Shown here in pieces: positions 9,655-20,346 of a stretch of 64,000 nucleotides of DNA; positions within the stretch are counted from its first letter, which is position 1; every line of letters starts with the position of its first letter. The notes beneath the pieces were generated by a model. It did no database searches. It had not been told where the DNA came from and saw only the letters and a program-made list of their open reading frames with translations. Position numbers and translations under genes: made by a program. The stretch is taken from contig JBMFRB010000003.1 in the NCBI GenBank assembly GCA_049968255.1, positions 32,001 through 96,000 of the forward strand, read 5' to 3'. The DNA comes from Candidatus Sumerlaeaceae bacterium. GTDB taxonomy: Bacteria; Sumerlaeota; Sumerlaeia; Sumerlaeales; Sumerlaeaceae.

Positions 9655-11211
9655 ATGATGCCGTCTGCGATCAGAAAGTTGATGCGAGCAAGTGGTGTGA
9701 TGGGAGCCGCTGTGGCGGCTATGTGGGCTATTTGGGACTGGAAAGCGGGAGCGACGTTCGCGCTCGCTGTGGCGTGGGCCGTGGCCAATGTGTTCGTTTG
9801 GACCCGCCTCATCCAGGCCGTGCTGGTGCTTCAGCGGCGCAGCCGCACAGCTGTGTTTAGTTGGTTGGGAGCCAAGCTTGCTATGCTTGGAGGCGGATTT
9901 GCCGCGGTTTGGGCAGCGGCGCCTCTCTCGGTCGGGCAAACATTGGCCCTCACGATCGGTGTTTTTTCGGTCTTGCTGGCCGCAACGGTACTCGCTTTCC
10001 TGGGGGCATTTCTGGACACTCCGAAAGTCAGCACCGAGGAAAACGGAAACAAAAAGAGCTCTGCAGCCAGGAGCGTCATATCAAATCTTGCGGCTGTTGC
10101 TGCAGTTTTAGCGCTTCTTGTGTCGGCGGAAGCGCGTGCCAATGCCCCAGCGGTGTCGCCTGCCCCGAGCGAGTCAAAAGCCAATGTGGGGCTTCGCGAG
10201 AAATCTCCCGGGGAGGATGCCGGGGCGCAGAAGAGTTCGGCCGCAGCATTTGCGTCGGAGGTCTCCAACGAAGGCCCAAAGCATGAAGCTTCGGCGGCGC
10301 ATGGAGAGGTGGCCGAAGGCCATGGCCACGAAGAGGCAGCCAAACCGGAGCTACCTAATTTCATTACCGTCTTGCTTCAGCTCGAGCTCGGCGGGCGCCG
10401 CATTGCCGATACTTCGCTTGGGCACTTTCTCCACACCTACGAATACCAGATTTTCCTTGTGCTGATCACGATGTTTCTCTGTGGCGTGATCTTGGCCACG
10501 GCTGGCTTGCGCGCCCTGGTCCCGGGTCCCACGCAAGCTTTGCTTGAAATGGTCGTTGAAGGCGCGTACAATTTCTTTGCGAGTGTGCTGGGCAGCCGCG
10601 AGCGTGCGCGCCGTCACATGCCTTTTTTCGGCTCACTTTTTCTCTTTATTTGGTTCAACAACATGTTTGGGATTGTGCCGTTGTTTACGGGGGCGACTTC
10701 GACGTTCCAGCTCACGGCGTCGCTGGCCGTCCTCGTGTTCTTTTATGTGCACGTCAATGCCATCCATGAAGCAGGGTTCAAGCATTGGCTTTTGCACCTC
10801 ATGCAGGATCCGAAGGACTTCATGGGCTGGGTCCTTGCGCCCGTGTTTTTTGTTCTTCACGTCATCGGCGAGCTAGCAAAACCACTTTCTTTGTCGTTGC
10901 GTCTTTTTGGCAACATCACGGGTGAGCACATTCTCAGCGGGGTCTTTCTCATTTTGGGGCTTTTGCTCATGAGCGCGGTCTGGCCGCATCCACTGGTCGG
11001 CGTGCCGCTGCATTTGCCCTTCCTATTCTTGTCGCTATTGGTGGGGACAATTCAGGCTGTCGTGTTCACGCTGCTGTCGACGATTTACCTCGCGCTGTTC
11101 TTGCCGCACGATGAGCATGAGCATGGCCACGGTGGGGAGCAGGGAGAAGAGACGTCGGAGCTGGCTGCGCACGGCAACCGCGTTAGCGCTCAGGCATCCG
11201 CGCAGCATTGA
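9655..11211 (+). CDS. atpB: F0 subunit a with N-terminally fused AtpI-like 4-TM domain
   Basis: C-terminal KPLSLSLRLFGNI and IQAVVFTLL; N-terminal ~120 aa hydrophobic block in usual atpI position, no stop between. Confidence 0.9.
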   Translation: MMPSAIRKLMRASGVMGAAVAAMWAIWDWKAGATFALAVAWAVANVFVWTRLIQAVLVLQRRSRTAVFSWLGAKLAMLGGGFAAVWAAAPLSVGQTLALTIGVFSVLLAATVLAFLGAFLDTPKVSTEENGNKKSSAARSVISNLAAVAAVLALLVSAEARANAPAVSPAPSESKANVGLREKSPGEDAGAQKSSAAAFASEVSNEGPKHEASAAHGEVAEGHGHEEAAKPELPNFITVLLQLELGGRRIADTSLGHFLHTYEYQIFLVLITMFLCGVILATAGLRALVPGPTQALLEMVVEGAYNFFASVLGSRERARRHMPFFGSLFLFIWFNNMFGIVPLFTGATSTFQLTASLAVLVFFYVHVNAIHEAGFKHWLLHLMQDPKDFMGWVLAPVFFVLHVIGELAKPLSLSLRLFGNITGEHILSGVFLILGLLLMSAVWPHPLVGVPLHLPFLFLSLLVGTIQAVVFTLLSTIYLALFLPHDEHEHGHGGEQGEETSELAAHGNRVSAQASAQH

Positions 11212-11267
11212 TAAAGTTTTGGGTCGGATTGACGAAGGCCCAGAAAATACCAGGAGGCATTGAGAGC

Positions 11268-11504
11268 ATGGACAAAGTGACAGCGATGGCATTGGCTTAT
11301 GGCATCGGTCTGGGAATTGCCGCGTTTGGTTCGGCGCTCGGTCTGGGCAAAGCCGTCGGCAGTGCGATGGAGGCAATCGGGCGCCAGCCTGAGGCATCGG
11401 GCAAGATTCAAACGGCCATGATCATCGGTTCGGCGTTCATCGAAGCGCTCACGATCTACGCGTTGATCAGCCCGTTTATCGCGTCGCTCACGTTCTTCAA
11501 ATAA
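11268..11504 (+). CDS. atpE: F0 subunit c, probably H+-coupled
   Basis: RQPE loop, IEALTIY; lacks the Na+ signature (helix-1 Gln, E-S/T); GGAGG RBS. Confidence 0.95.
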   Translation: MDKVTAMALAYGIGLGIAAFGSALGLGKAVGSAMEAIGRQPEASGKIQTAMIIGSAFIEALTIYALISPFIASLTFFK

Positions 11505-11595
11505 GCGTGGCAAATTGCGGGTTGAGCGGGGGGCGCGGAGCTTGGCTGGACGCTCAAGCGTCCCCTCTCTCCCATGAAGCGAAAGGCTGACCATC

Positions 11596-12078
11596 ATGCA
11601 AACTGTTATCGCACAAGTCCTGACAAGCGTCCTGGCCTTCGTGATCTTCTATGTGGTGGCGAAGCGCCTGTTCTGGACCAGTATCCTCAACGCCATTGAG
11701 GAGCGCCAGCGTCGCATCCAAGGTGAGCTGGAGCGTATCGAGGAACTGAAGACTAAGGTACAGGCGCTTGAGCAGGAATACCAGACACACTTGGCGCAAA
11801 TCGAGCGCGAGGCCAACCAGCGCAAGCAGCAAGAGATCGCCGAGGGCAAACGAATAGCGGAAGAGATCAAGGAGCAAGCGCGCCGCGAGGCCAAGGCTGA
11901 GATTGCACGCATGCACCAAATCCTCGAGCTCGAAATTGAGCGCGTGCGGGCAGAGCTCAAGGGTGAGGTCGTGCGCCTGACGCTGGAAGCCACCGAGCGC
12001 ATTATTCGCGAGCGGCTCGACGATGCCAAACACCGTGAACTGGTGGCAAAATTTGTCGAGGAACTGAGTCGGCGATGA
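11596..12078 (+). CDS. atpF: F0 subunit b
   Basis: N-terminal TM plus charged coiled coil; operon position. Confidence 0.92.
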   Translation: MQTVIAQVLTSVLAFVIFYVVAKRLFWTSILNAIEERQRRIQGELERIEELKTKVQALEQEYQTHLAQIEREANQRKQQEIAEGKRIAEEIKEQARREAKAEIARMHQILELEIERVRAELKGEVVRLTLEATERIIRERLDDAKHRELVAKFVEELSRR

Positions 12079-12632
12079 AGTACGTAGACCCAGTCATCAC
12101 CGAACGCTACGCCCGAGCTCTCTATCGCTCGGCCGAAAAACTTGCCCAACTTGAGGCGGTGCTGACGGATATCGAGACCCTTTCGCCGCTTCTGGGCATG
12201 ATGAGCAAGCTGCAACTGTTGCTCGACAGTCCACAGATTTCCACGGAAGCCAAGCGCGAGCTCATCGAGCGCGGTATTGCTCCACGCGTCAGCCCGGTCA
12301 CGGCTCGGCTTCTCCTTCTCTTGGTTGCCAAGGGGCGCACCGAATACGCTGTGGCGATTTTCAGCCGCTTCAAAAAGATCACGCGCGAGGCCCAAGGAAT
12401 TTTTGACGCGAAAGTAGTCTCGGCCGTACCTCTCGCTGATGGCGAGCGTGCCCGGCTGCAGGCGGTGCTTGAGGAGCATATGCGGGCGCGGCTTGCCATC
12501 TCTTTTCTCGTAGATCCGCGCGTGGTGGGAGGCGTGTGCTTCCAGTGTGGAGATCTTCTCCTCGACGACACCGTGCGGGGCAAACTCGATCGGCTGCGTG
12601 AACGTCTCGAACGGGTGGTAACCGCGAAATGA
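12075..12632 (+). CDS. atpH: F1 subunit delta
   Basis: RYARALY, SAVPL, VDPRVVGG, DDTVRGKL. Confidence 0.93.
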   Translation: MKYVDPVITERYARALYRSAEKLAQLEAVLTDIETLSPLLGMMSKLQLLLDSPQISTEAKRELIERGIAPRVSPVTARLLLLLVAKGRTEYAVAIFSRFKKITREAQGIFDAKVVSAVPLADGERARLQAVLEEHMRARLAISFLVDPRVVGGVCFQCGDLLLDDTVRGKLDRLRERLERVVTAK

Positions 12633-13117
12633 GAACCAAAGCGGAGTTTCGGAAAAAGTTTTACGTCGATGGACTTCGCACCCAGCGCTTGGCGCAGGTG
12701 TTCGACGATAGCGACCTTGCTGTGAAGCCTGCCGAGGGCTCGATGACTATGGCAGAATTGCTAGCCCATATCATCGCCAGCAGAAATTTTCTTCGTGGCG
12801 TTTTTGCCGAGGAAGCTCCCACGACCGAGCTTTTCAAAATCCCCCTCGCCATAGAAAGCGCAGCGGCTCTGCGGCGCGAGCTGGCGAGGAGCTGGCGTGC
12901 TGTGCTCGATGCGCTCGATGGGGCTGAGGACGTATGGCTCGCACAGACGATTTCCCCCTTCGGCCCGGATTGGGAGATGAGCCGCTTGGAGATGGCAGAC
13001 CTTATGCTCGAACACGAGATTCATCACCGCGGGCAGCTCAGCGTGTACGTGCGCGTGGCTGGCAAAACTCCGCCGGAACTTTACACACCAGTGACCGAAG
13101 AAGTTTTGGAGGACTAA
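12629..13117 (+). CDS. DinB/YfiT superfamily protein
   Basis: ELLAHI and HEIHHRGQL His metal motif. Confidence 0.88.
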   Translation: MRTKAEFRKKFYVDGLRTQRLAQVFDDSDLAVKPAEGSMTMAELLAHIIASRNFLRGVFAEEAPTTELFKIPLAIESAAALRRELARSWRAVLDALDGAEDVWLAQTISPFGPDWEMSRLEMADLMLEHEIHHRGQLSVYVRVAGKTPPELYTPVTEEVLED

Positions 13118-13133
13118 CCGAGAGGATAGCGCT

Positions 13134-14711
13134 ATGGCAATTCGGCCGGAAGAAATCACGAATATCATTGAACGAGAATTAGAAGGCTTTGAGGCAGCTC
13201 TCGACGTTCAGAAGGTCGGGACAATCCTGAAGATCGGCGATTCCATCGCCACAATTTACGGCCTCATGGATGCCATGGCTGGTGAACTCTTGGAGTTCCC
13301 GGGCGGCACGATGGGCATGGTGCTCAACCTCGAAGAATCCACCGTGGGCGCGGCGATTTTCGGCAGCGATCGCGACATCAAAGAGGGCGACACGGTGCGC
13401 TGCACTGGCCGCATTGCCAGCGTACCGGTGGGCGAGGCGCTCATTGGGCGCGTGGTGAACGCTTTGGGCCAGCCCATCGACGGCAAGGGCCCCATTGTGA
13501 CCAACGAATATCGGCCCATCGAATTTCCCGCCCCCAACGTCATTGCGCGCCAGTCGGTGAAGCAGCCCCTCATGACGGGCATCAAGGCCATTGATTCGAT
13601 GATTCCCATCGGCCGCGGCCAGCGTGAGCTCATCATCGGCGATCGCCAGACGGGAAAAACCTCCGTAGCGGTGGACACAATCATCAATCAAAAGGGGCAG
13701 GACGTTATCTGCATCTACGTGGCAATCGGCCAAAAGGCCTCGACGGTGGCAGGACTTGTGCAAACGCTCGAACGTTATGGCGCAATGGATTACACAATCG
13801 TGGTCTCGGCCAGTGCCGAGGAGGCCGCTTCGTTGCTCTATATCGCCCCTTACGCTGGCTGCGCCATGGGCGAGTATTTCATGTACAACGGTGGTCATGC
13901 CTTGTGCATCTACGACGACCTGTCGAAGCATGCCACGGCCTACCGTCAGTTGTCGCTTCTGCTGAGGCGGCCCCCCGGGCGCGAGGCTTATCCGGGTGAT
14001 GTTTTTTACCTGCACTCGCGCCTCCTCGAACGCGCCGCAAAACTCAGCGAGGATGCGGAAATCATTCGCCAGTCGTGCCCCGAGGCGAAGAAGCCCGGTG
14101 GCAGTCTTACTGCACTGCCGTTCATCGAAACACAGGCTGGCGACGTCTCGGCTTATATTCCAACGAACGTTATCTCGATCACCGATGGCCAAATCTATCT
14201 CGAGCCGGACCTCTTTTACTCGGGCGTGAAACCCGCCATTAACGTAGGCCTCTCGGTGAGCCGCGTGGGCGGAAATGCCCAATACAAAGCCATGAAAAAG
14301 GTGGGCGGACGCCTGCGCCTTGAATTGGCACAATATCGTGAATTGGCCGCTTTTGCACAGTTTGGTTCAGACCTCGACGCGGCCACGCGTGCCCAACTCA
14401 CGCGCGGCGAGCGGCTCGTGGAAGTGCTCAAACAGGACCTTTTCACACCCTACGTGCTGTGGAAACAGGTGGCAATTATTTTCGCCGCAACGCAGGGCTT
14501 CCTTGACGACCTGCCACTAGCCGACGTACGCCCCTTCGAAAAGGAGCTCTACCCCTATCTTGAGAAAAATCACGCGGATATCATCCATGAAATCGAGACC
14601 ACGAAGGACCTGAGCGATGCCGTGGCAGAACGGCTCCGCAAGGCAGTCGCAAACTTCAAGCAAGACTTCGTGAAGTCGCGAACCGGTGCTCCCGCCGGCG
14701 CAACGGCTTAG
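13134..14711 (+). CDS. atpA: F1 subunit alpha
   Basis: [39 protein letters not shown]. Confidence 0.98.
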   Translation: MAIRPEEITNIIERELEGFEAALDVQKVGTILKIGDSIATIYGLMDAMAGELLEFPGGTMGMVLNLEESTVGAAIFGSDRDIKEGDTVRCTGRIASVPVGEALIGRVVNALGQPIDGKGPIVTNEYRPIEFPAPNVIARQSVKQPLMTGIKAIDSMIPIGRGQRELIIGDRQTGKTSVAVDTIINQKGQDVICIYVAIGQKASTVAGLVQTLERYGAMDYTIVVSASAEEAASLLYIAPYAGCAMGEYFMYNGGHALCIYDDLSKHATAYRQLSLLLRRPPGREAYPGDVFYLHSRLLERAAKLSEDAEIIRQSCPEAKKPGGSLTALPFIETQAGDVSAYIPTNVISITDGQIYLEPDLFYSGVKPAINVGLSVSRVGGNAQYKAMKKVGGRLRLELAQYRELAAFAQFGSDLDAATRAQLTRGERLVEVLKQDLFTPYVLWKQVAIIFAATQGFLDDLPLADVRPFEKELYPYLEKNHADIIHEIETTKDLSDAVAERLRKAVANFKQDFVKSRTGAPAGATA

Positions 14712-14782
14712 CCTCAAAGGCGTGAGGCAAAGGTGCGCATAATTCGCACCATGCGATTGCTTCAACTTGAACCAAAATTCGA

Positions 14783-14824
14783 GCGCCGTGGCACGGCTAA
14801 CAAGCCGCGGCGCAAATTTATTTC
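14783..14824 (+). terminator. Possible terminator after atpA
   Basis: 10-bp stem GCGCCGTGGC/GCCGCGGCGC (one G-U) followed by AAATTTATTTC; second hairpin at 14711-14728. Confidence 0.4.
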
Positions 14825-15144
14825 GTGGCGCCTCCTGAGGTTCTCTTGCGCTTCAGAGATCTAAAGCACAGCCCAAACGAGGAACTTGGCGCGAGAGCGA
14901 TGTCGGTGGGGGCTGCAAGCTGCTCGCGTGGGGGGAGAAACGCAAGCGGGTGGGTGCGAGCTTGGGTTGTTTCACTGCCTCCGTTTGGCCGAGCGAAAGC
15001 CTCCTTTGGAAAAGCGCTTGCATTAGTTTTTCCCCTTAGGCGGAGTGCCTGGCAAGCGTGGGCGGTGTATTTCCACATCGCAGCATTGTCGAGACCGACA
15101 ATGGCCGTCTATCACGTTCCAATAATCCAGTGGAGGATAAAGGA

Positions 15145-16695
15145 ATGATTTCGCGCCCTGTGGCCCAAAGCTTATTAGTCAAAAGTGCTTTTTATTATCA
15201 AAATGTTTTTCTTACTTGTTTTATGGCAGCCACGCTGGTTTGCGGTGCAGCGCAACAGACGACGTCCCCCCTGGTCGAGCGCATTGAACGAATCGTTGCC
15301 CAGTATCCACTGAACGGAAATGTCACCGCAGCCGTTTACGTGGTGGACGCCGCAAGTGGTGAAGTCCTCGTGGACCGCTACGGCGAGAAACCCTTGAAAC
15401 CTGCTTCGTGCAACAAGCTTCTCACGACGGCGGCGGGCCTGACGCTGCTTGGGCCGGCCTTCACTTTTCACACATATCTCTATGCCGATGGCCCGTTGAC
15501 CACGCCCACCATGCACGGAAATCTCTACATCGTTGGTGGTGGCGATCCAACAATCTCGGGTCGGTTCGAGCCGAATAAGCGCGATGTCACGGCCCCTTTG
15601 CGCCGGTGGGCCGACGCTCTGACTTCAATGGGTCTTAAGCGCATTGAGGGAGACATTCTGGCCGACGACTCGTTCTTTGACACTCAGTATTTTCACCCAA
15701 CGTGGTATCCGGCCGAGCGCGGAGAGTGGTATGAGGCCGAAGTGTCGGCCCTTGCGTTCAACGATAACTGTGTGGATCTGCTCTGGTCGGGCCTGGAAGG
15801 ATTGCCAGGTGATCGAGCGGCCCTTCGGCTCAATCCGGCCACGAGCTATGTTCGGGTGCGCAACGAGGTTCGCCTTGTGGCAAAGGGGCGACCGAGTGGA
15901 CGCTGGTACATTCGCAAGGCTGGCTCAAACGACATCCTCGCCACAGGTACACTCAACGTTGGGACGGAAAAAGACGACAGCGCAAGCGTCAACGACGGTG
16001 CGCTCTATTTTGCCACCGTCTTTCGTGAGGTGCTGACAAACCATGGCATCACCTTGGTCGGCAAGCCACGGCATGTGCGCTATTCTCCCGCGCAAAGCCA
16101 GCGCCACCGCAAGGTTCTCCTGGCTGAGCGCGTCTCACCGCCCCTGGCCGAGATCGTCAAGGTCATCAACCTTGTCAGCCAGAATTTCTACGCCGAGTGT
16201 TTGGTGAAGATGCTCGGCCGCCAGTTTGCAGGCGAGGGCAGCTTCGAGGCGGGCACGCGTGTCGTCCGCGAATTCGTGCGCAAAAATGGAATCTACCATG
16301 AGGGCCATCGCATGGTGGACGGCTCGGGGCTGTCCGATGGTAACCGCGTTAGCGCACGTCAGCTTGTCGAGACAATTCGTTTCATGGATCGTGGAGCACA
16401 TCGCCAGGCGTGGCGTGCAAGTTTCCCCGTGGGAGGCACACGCGGCAGCCTTCGAACGCGTTTCCAGCAAACAAGCGCGACAAAGACACTGGCCCACAAC
16501 ATCATGGGCAAGACGGGCCTCATCGAGAGCGTGCGCTCGCTCTCCGGCATCGCTACCACCGTCGATGGACGCGAACGCTACTATAGTATCATCGTTAATG
16601 GTTTCCGCTCCGAGGGCGACAAGGTCATCCGCATGATCGATGAGCTGGCCCTCGCCATCGTCGACGAGAAATGTGTCGTGCTCGACCCGAAATAA
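15145..16695 (+). CDS. dacB: D-Ala-D-Ala carboxypeptidase/endopeptidase PBP4 (peptidase S13)
   Basis: PASCNK (SxxK), GGGDP, SQN, DGSGLS, KTG; GGAGG RBS. Confidence 0.93.
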   Translation: MISRPVAQSLLVKSAFYYQNVFLTCFMAATLVCGAAQQTTSPLVERIERIVAQYPLNGNVTAAVYVVDAASGEVLVDRYGEKPLKPASCNKLLTTAAGLTLLGPAFTFHTYLYADGPLTTPTMHGNLYIVGGGDPTISGRFEPNKRDVTAPLRRWADALTSMGLKRIEGDILADDSFFDTQYFHPTWYPAERGEWYEAEVSALAFNDNCVDLLWSGLEGLPGDRAALRLNPATSYVRVRNEVRLVAKGRPSGRWYIRKAGSNDILATGTLNVGTEKDDSASVNDGALYFATVFREVLTNHGITLVGKPRHVRYSPAQSQRHRKVLLAERVSPPLAEIVKVINLVSQNFYAECLVKMLGRQFAGEGSFEAGTRVVREFVRKNGIYHEGHRMVDGSGLSDGNRVSARQLVETIRFMDRGAHRQAWRASFPVGGTRGSLRTRFQQTSATKTLAHNIMGKTGLIESVRSLSGIATTVDGRERYYSIIVNGFRSEGDKVIRMIDELALAIVDEKCVVLDPK

Positions 16696-17025
16696 GGCCT
16701 GCGCAACGCCTGTCACCCCCGAGAGCAACGCGTGACACGGGAGGACTTACCCTTCCTTCGAAAGCTAACGTAGTCGGAGCGCGTCCTTTCGGTGCCTGCT
16801 GTCATGCAGCCTTTTCTCAGGCAAGGAAATGTTTCGTCTCTCATTTGCACTACTTTGGTGTTTTGGGAGGAGGCTCGCAGCCGAAGGCCCAAGAGAACCT
16901 GCACGTGAAGACGCTTGCGAGAGGATTGCGGGGCCTAGGGAAAAAGCTCTAGCGCCGACATGCGAGCTCCCCTGCAGCGGAGCATCCCCAACGATTCAAC
17001 GCCACGGCCATGGCCTGTTAAGGTG

Positions 17026-17631
17026 TTAGAGGCCGAAGAGGCGCGATTCAATGGCGTCGCACCAAAGGTGGAGTATGGTCGTGTGCAGCTCCTGGATACG
17101 CGCGGTGGAGTTCGAAGGAGCCACGACGCACAAATCACACAGCGAGCACATTGGTCCGCCATCGCGGCCTGACAGGCCCACGGTCGCGCATCCAAGCTCG
17201 CGCGCTTTTTCTAATCCAAGAATCACGGATCGCGATTTACCCGACGTGGAAATGCCGATCGCCACATCCCCCGGTTGCGCTAGGGCTTCGAGCTGACGCG
17301 CGAAGAGCTGGTCGTAACCGAAATCGTTAGCGATGCACGTCACGGCCGACGGATTCGTCGTGAGCGCGAGTGCAGGCAATGCAGCCCGGTTTGCACGATA
17401 GCGTCCGACGAGCTCGGCCACGAAATGTTGCGCATCTGCCGCACTCCCTCCGTTGCCGAACACAAGCGCTTTTTTGCCGCGCGCATAGGCATCGGCCAGA
17501 AGCTCGCCGCCCCGTGCGATGTCGGCGGCGGCAATTTCCGCAGCGCGGAGCTTTACTTCGGCGCTTTCGCGCAAAACTGTCACTACATGCTCGAGAAAAC
17601 TCGCTGATGAACGTGCGTCGCTCATAGTCAC
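17026..17631 (-). CDS. gmhA: Phosphoheptose isomerase
   Basis: GNGGSAADAQH, NDFGY, STSGKS, RIQELH. Confidence 0.95.
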   Translation of the reverse strand: MTMSDARSSASFLEHVVTVLRESAEVKLRAAEIAAADIARGGELLADAYARGKKALVFGNGGSAADAQHFVAELVGRYRANRAALPALALTTNPSAVTCIANDFGYDQLFARQLEALAQPGDVAIGISTSGKSRSVILGLEKARELGCATVGLSGRDGGPMCSLCDLCVVAPSNSTARIQELHTTILHLWCDAIESRLFGL

Positions 17632-18113
17632 CTGAGTTGGCAGCAGCAGTGTGAGCGCGCAAGCGTTTTTTGCGCGTGCAGGCGGACTCTGAGCAGAACG
17701 AGCAGAGTCGGCTTGAGTCGAACATCCACGTTTGCTCTCGGTTGCGGAGAGCGAAATTCTGCGGGAGTTGACTCACGTGTAGGCAAAACAGTGATACTGG
17801 CCTCTTAATGAACAAGGCACAGTGTGCGCTTGCAAGCGGAGTGCGCTGGGCTCGCCGTAAGCCCCCAGCGCGCGCAGTTCGTGGCGCGCCAGTATTGATC
17901 TCAGTGAGCAGCAAGGGGGTGTGTGTGAGGAGGCCGGGCGATTCTCCTTGTCAGAAGCCTATGTGCACGTATACCCGCGCGCCTGAGAGAAAGCTTCGGG
18001 CACAGTTCTTTGCGGATAATCTCACCGACTATACGCCTCTCTTCTCGAGTGGGAGAGAGGCGGAAGATTCTCCGTGCGCACAGTCTCGGCAGGAGGCAAC
18101 GCCGCCGTGCCTG

Positions 18114-18992
18114 TTAGAGGTCTGAGCTCAGCTCTTCGCGAATAATCTCTTCGACGGCTTCGGCAAGGCGCCGCGTGATAGGGCCCACTTTGCCGTCGCC
18201 GATCGGCATCCCGTCGAGCTTAGTCACCGGCATCACGTTCATCGTGGTGCTGGAAAGAAAAGCCTCGTCCGCCGCTCGGAAATCTCCGATGGTCACAGGC
18301 TCGTGGCGCACCTCGATCCCGATGCGTCGCGCGGCATCGAGCACCACCCCCCGCGTGACACCGGAGAGAATGCGAGGTCCCTCGGGATGTGTGAAAACAA
18401 CGCCATCGCGCACGCAAAAAGCATTGGAGGCTCCGCCCTCGGTGACGATGCCATCGCGCACAAGAAGGGCCTCAAACACTCCGGCTTCACGCGCAGCCCG
18501 CTTAGCCAGCACCACAGGCAGCAATGCAATACTTTTGATGTTGCAGCGGCTCCAACGTTCGTCCGGATAGCTGATCATTGCCACACCGTGGTTGCGTTGC
18601 TCTGAGGTGTAATTCGGTGCAGGCTTGAAGTACGCGATCACTGTCGGCGGTGGCTGAGGCACGGGCGGCACGTGAAGGCGCGGGGCCACCCCACGGGTGA
18701 TCTGGAGATAAAGAATCGACTCCTCACCGGGATCGCGCCCGAGTTCGCTGTGCTCTGCTAACTCGTTAATAATTTGGCGCCACTCAGCGGCACTGGGAAT
18801 CCCCTCAATATACAGTCCTGTGCAGCTTTCAGCCACTCTTTCAAGATGCTGCGCCAGCCGCACAGGCCGCCGGCCATGGAATTTCAAAACATCATAGACG
18901 CCGTCGGCGAATTGATAGCCGCGGTCCTCGATTGGCACCACGGCTTCGCTCATGGAAACAAAACGTCCGTTCAAGTACACAATCTGACGCAA
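18114..18992 (-). CDS. dat: Class IV aminotransferase, D-amino acid aminotransferase-like
   Basis: EDRGYQFADGVY, YLQITRG, IKSIALL, TEG, LSGVTR. Confidence 0.85.
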   Translation of the reverse strand: MRQIVYLNGRFVSMSEAVVPIEDRGYQFADGVYDVLKFHGRRPVRLAQHLERVAESCTGLYIEGIPSAAEWRQIINELAEHSELGRDPGEESILYLQITRGVAPRLHVPPVPQPPPTVIAYFKPAPNYTSEQRNHGVAMISYPDERWSRCNIKSIALLPVVLAKRAAREAGVFEALLVRDGIVTEGGASNAFCVRDGVVFTHPEGPRILSGVTRGVVLDAARRIGIEVRHEPVTIGDFRAADEAFLSSTTMNVMPVTKLDGMPIGDGKVGPITRRLAEAVEEIIREELSSDL

Positions 18993-19134
18993 CGTCGCTT
19001 ACCTCACATTCTCCGCTAGAACCCCAGATGCGTCGTCTATTGCCGTACCCCCCCTCAAAGAATTGCAACGCCGATGCCGGCGCCACCACCCATGTGCTCA
19101 ATAACGCTCGCGTTGGCGCATTGTTCGCAGCGGC

Positions 19135-20079
19135 CTAGATTTTCGCGAGAAATTCTTCGAGCTCGGCACGTGAGCCAACGTTAATGACTTTTGCATCGGG
19201 GACAATACGCTTGATGATGGCCGACTGCACCTTGCCTGGTCCAACCTCAACGAATTCATCCACACCCTCGGCTCGCATGCGCCGAATGGTATCCACCCAC
19301 AGCACGGGCGAAGTAATCTGCCGCGCGAGGTCCGCTTTGATTTCTGCAGCGAGTCGCCGCGGCTGGGCAGAAGCATTCATCACCACCGGCACACGCGCAT
19401 CGCGCCAGGCCGCCTGCTTGATGACAGGTGCGAGCTCGGCCGCGGCGTCATCGAGCAGCGGCGAATGGAAAGCGCCCGAGACATTGACGGGAAGGACCCG
19501 CTTCGCGCCGGCGGCCTTGCACTTTTCGCTCACTTCGGCCACGCCTTCGGGCTCGCCAGAAATCACGACTTGCCCCGGAGCGTTGTCGTTGGCCACGACA
19601 ACAATCTTCTGCGACTGAGCACAGAGCTCAGCAATGTTCTCCTTCGCCAGGCCGATGATGGCAGCCATTGCACCCGGACGCTTCTCGCCGGCGCTTTGCA
19701 TAAGCATCGCGCGGAGCTTTAGCAAATCAAAAAGGGGTTCAAAATCGAGAGCGCCGGACGCGTAAAGTGCGCTGTACTCGCCAAGGCTGTGACCGGCCAC
19801 CATTGCGAATTCTACGCCATGCGCGATGAGCGCTTCCGCCAGGATGACCGAACACAGAAAGATCGCTGGCTGCGTGAAGTCGGTTTGCAGCAGCTTTTCC
19901 TCCGGCCCTTCAAACATCACTGGCAGCAACGCGCCACCGTAACGTTGGTTTGCGAACTCCATCTTTTCACGCGCTTGTGGGCTAAGTTCTAAAAGGTCCT
20001 GACCCATGCCCACGAACTGGGAAGCTTGTCCGGGAAAAATCAACGCTCGCATTTTTGGGGTTTCCATCCTTTCCGACAC
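19135..20079 (-). CDS. fabD: Malonyl-CoA:ACP transacylase
   Basis: FPGQASQ, TQPA, GHSLGE, SGAFHS, EVGPG. Confidence 0.96.
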   Translation of the reverse strand: MSERMETPKMRALIFPGQASQFVGMGQDLLELSPQAREKMEFANQRYGGALLPVMFEGPEEKLLQTDFTQPAIFLCSVILAEALIAHGVEFAMVAGHSLGEYSALYASGALDFEPLFDLLKLRAMLMQSAGEKRPGAMAAIIGLAKENIAELCAQSQKIVVVANDNAPGQVVISGEPEGVAEVSEKCKAAGAKRVLPVNVSGAFHSPLLDDAAAELAPVIKQAAWRDARVPVVMNASAQPRRLAAEIKADLARQITSPVLWVDTIRRMRAEGVDEFVEVGPGKVQSAIIKRIVPDAKVINVGSRAELEEFLAKI

Positions 20080-20346
20080 TGCACAAAGGCTTGTAGCAAT
20101 TTATTAATTCAACAAGTAACACGCGTAGGCTATCACGCGCTTCAGCGTGACTGGTTTATAGGCGGAGATAGGCCGCGCTATGCAACACGAATCGTGTTGC
20201 GCCAGGAGATTTGGCACCACAGCGCCTCAATCGTTTACTCGCCCCCGCTTCGAAAACGCAATAGAGTTCTTGCTTCTTGTCGATCATGTGGGATCAATCA
20301 CGAGACAAGGCGAAGGAACAATTCTCGCGAAAAAGGCGGCGCGACC

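Noticed and set aside
11268-11504. Possible Na+-coupled or N-type ATPase
   Set aside because: c subunit lacks Na+ ligands; gene order is standard F-type with separate delta
13179-14333. Long antisense ORFs such as this one, 20968-21975 and 48207-49181
   Set aside because: Shadow frames of well-supported GC-rich genes, with no motifs
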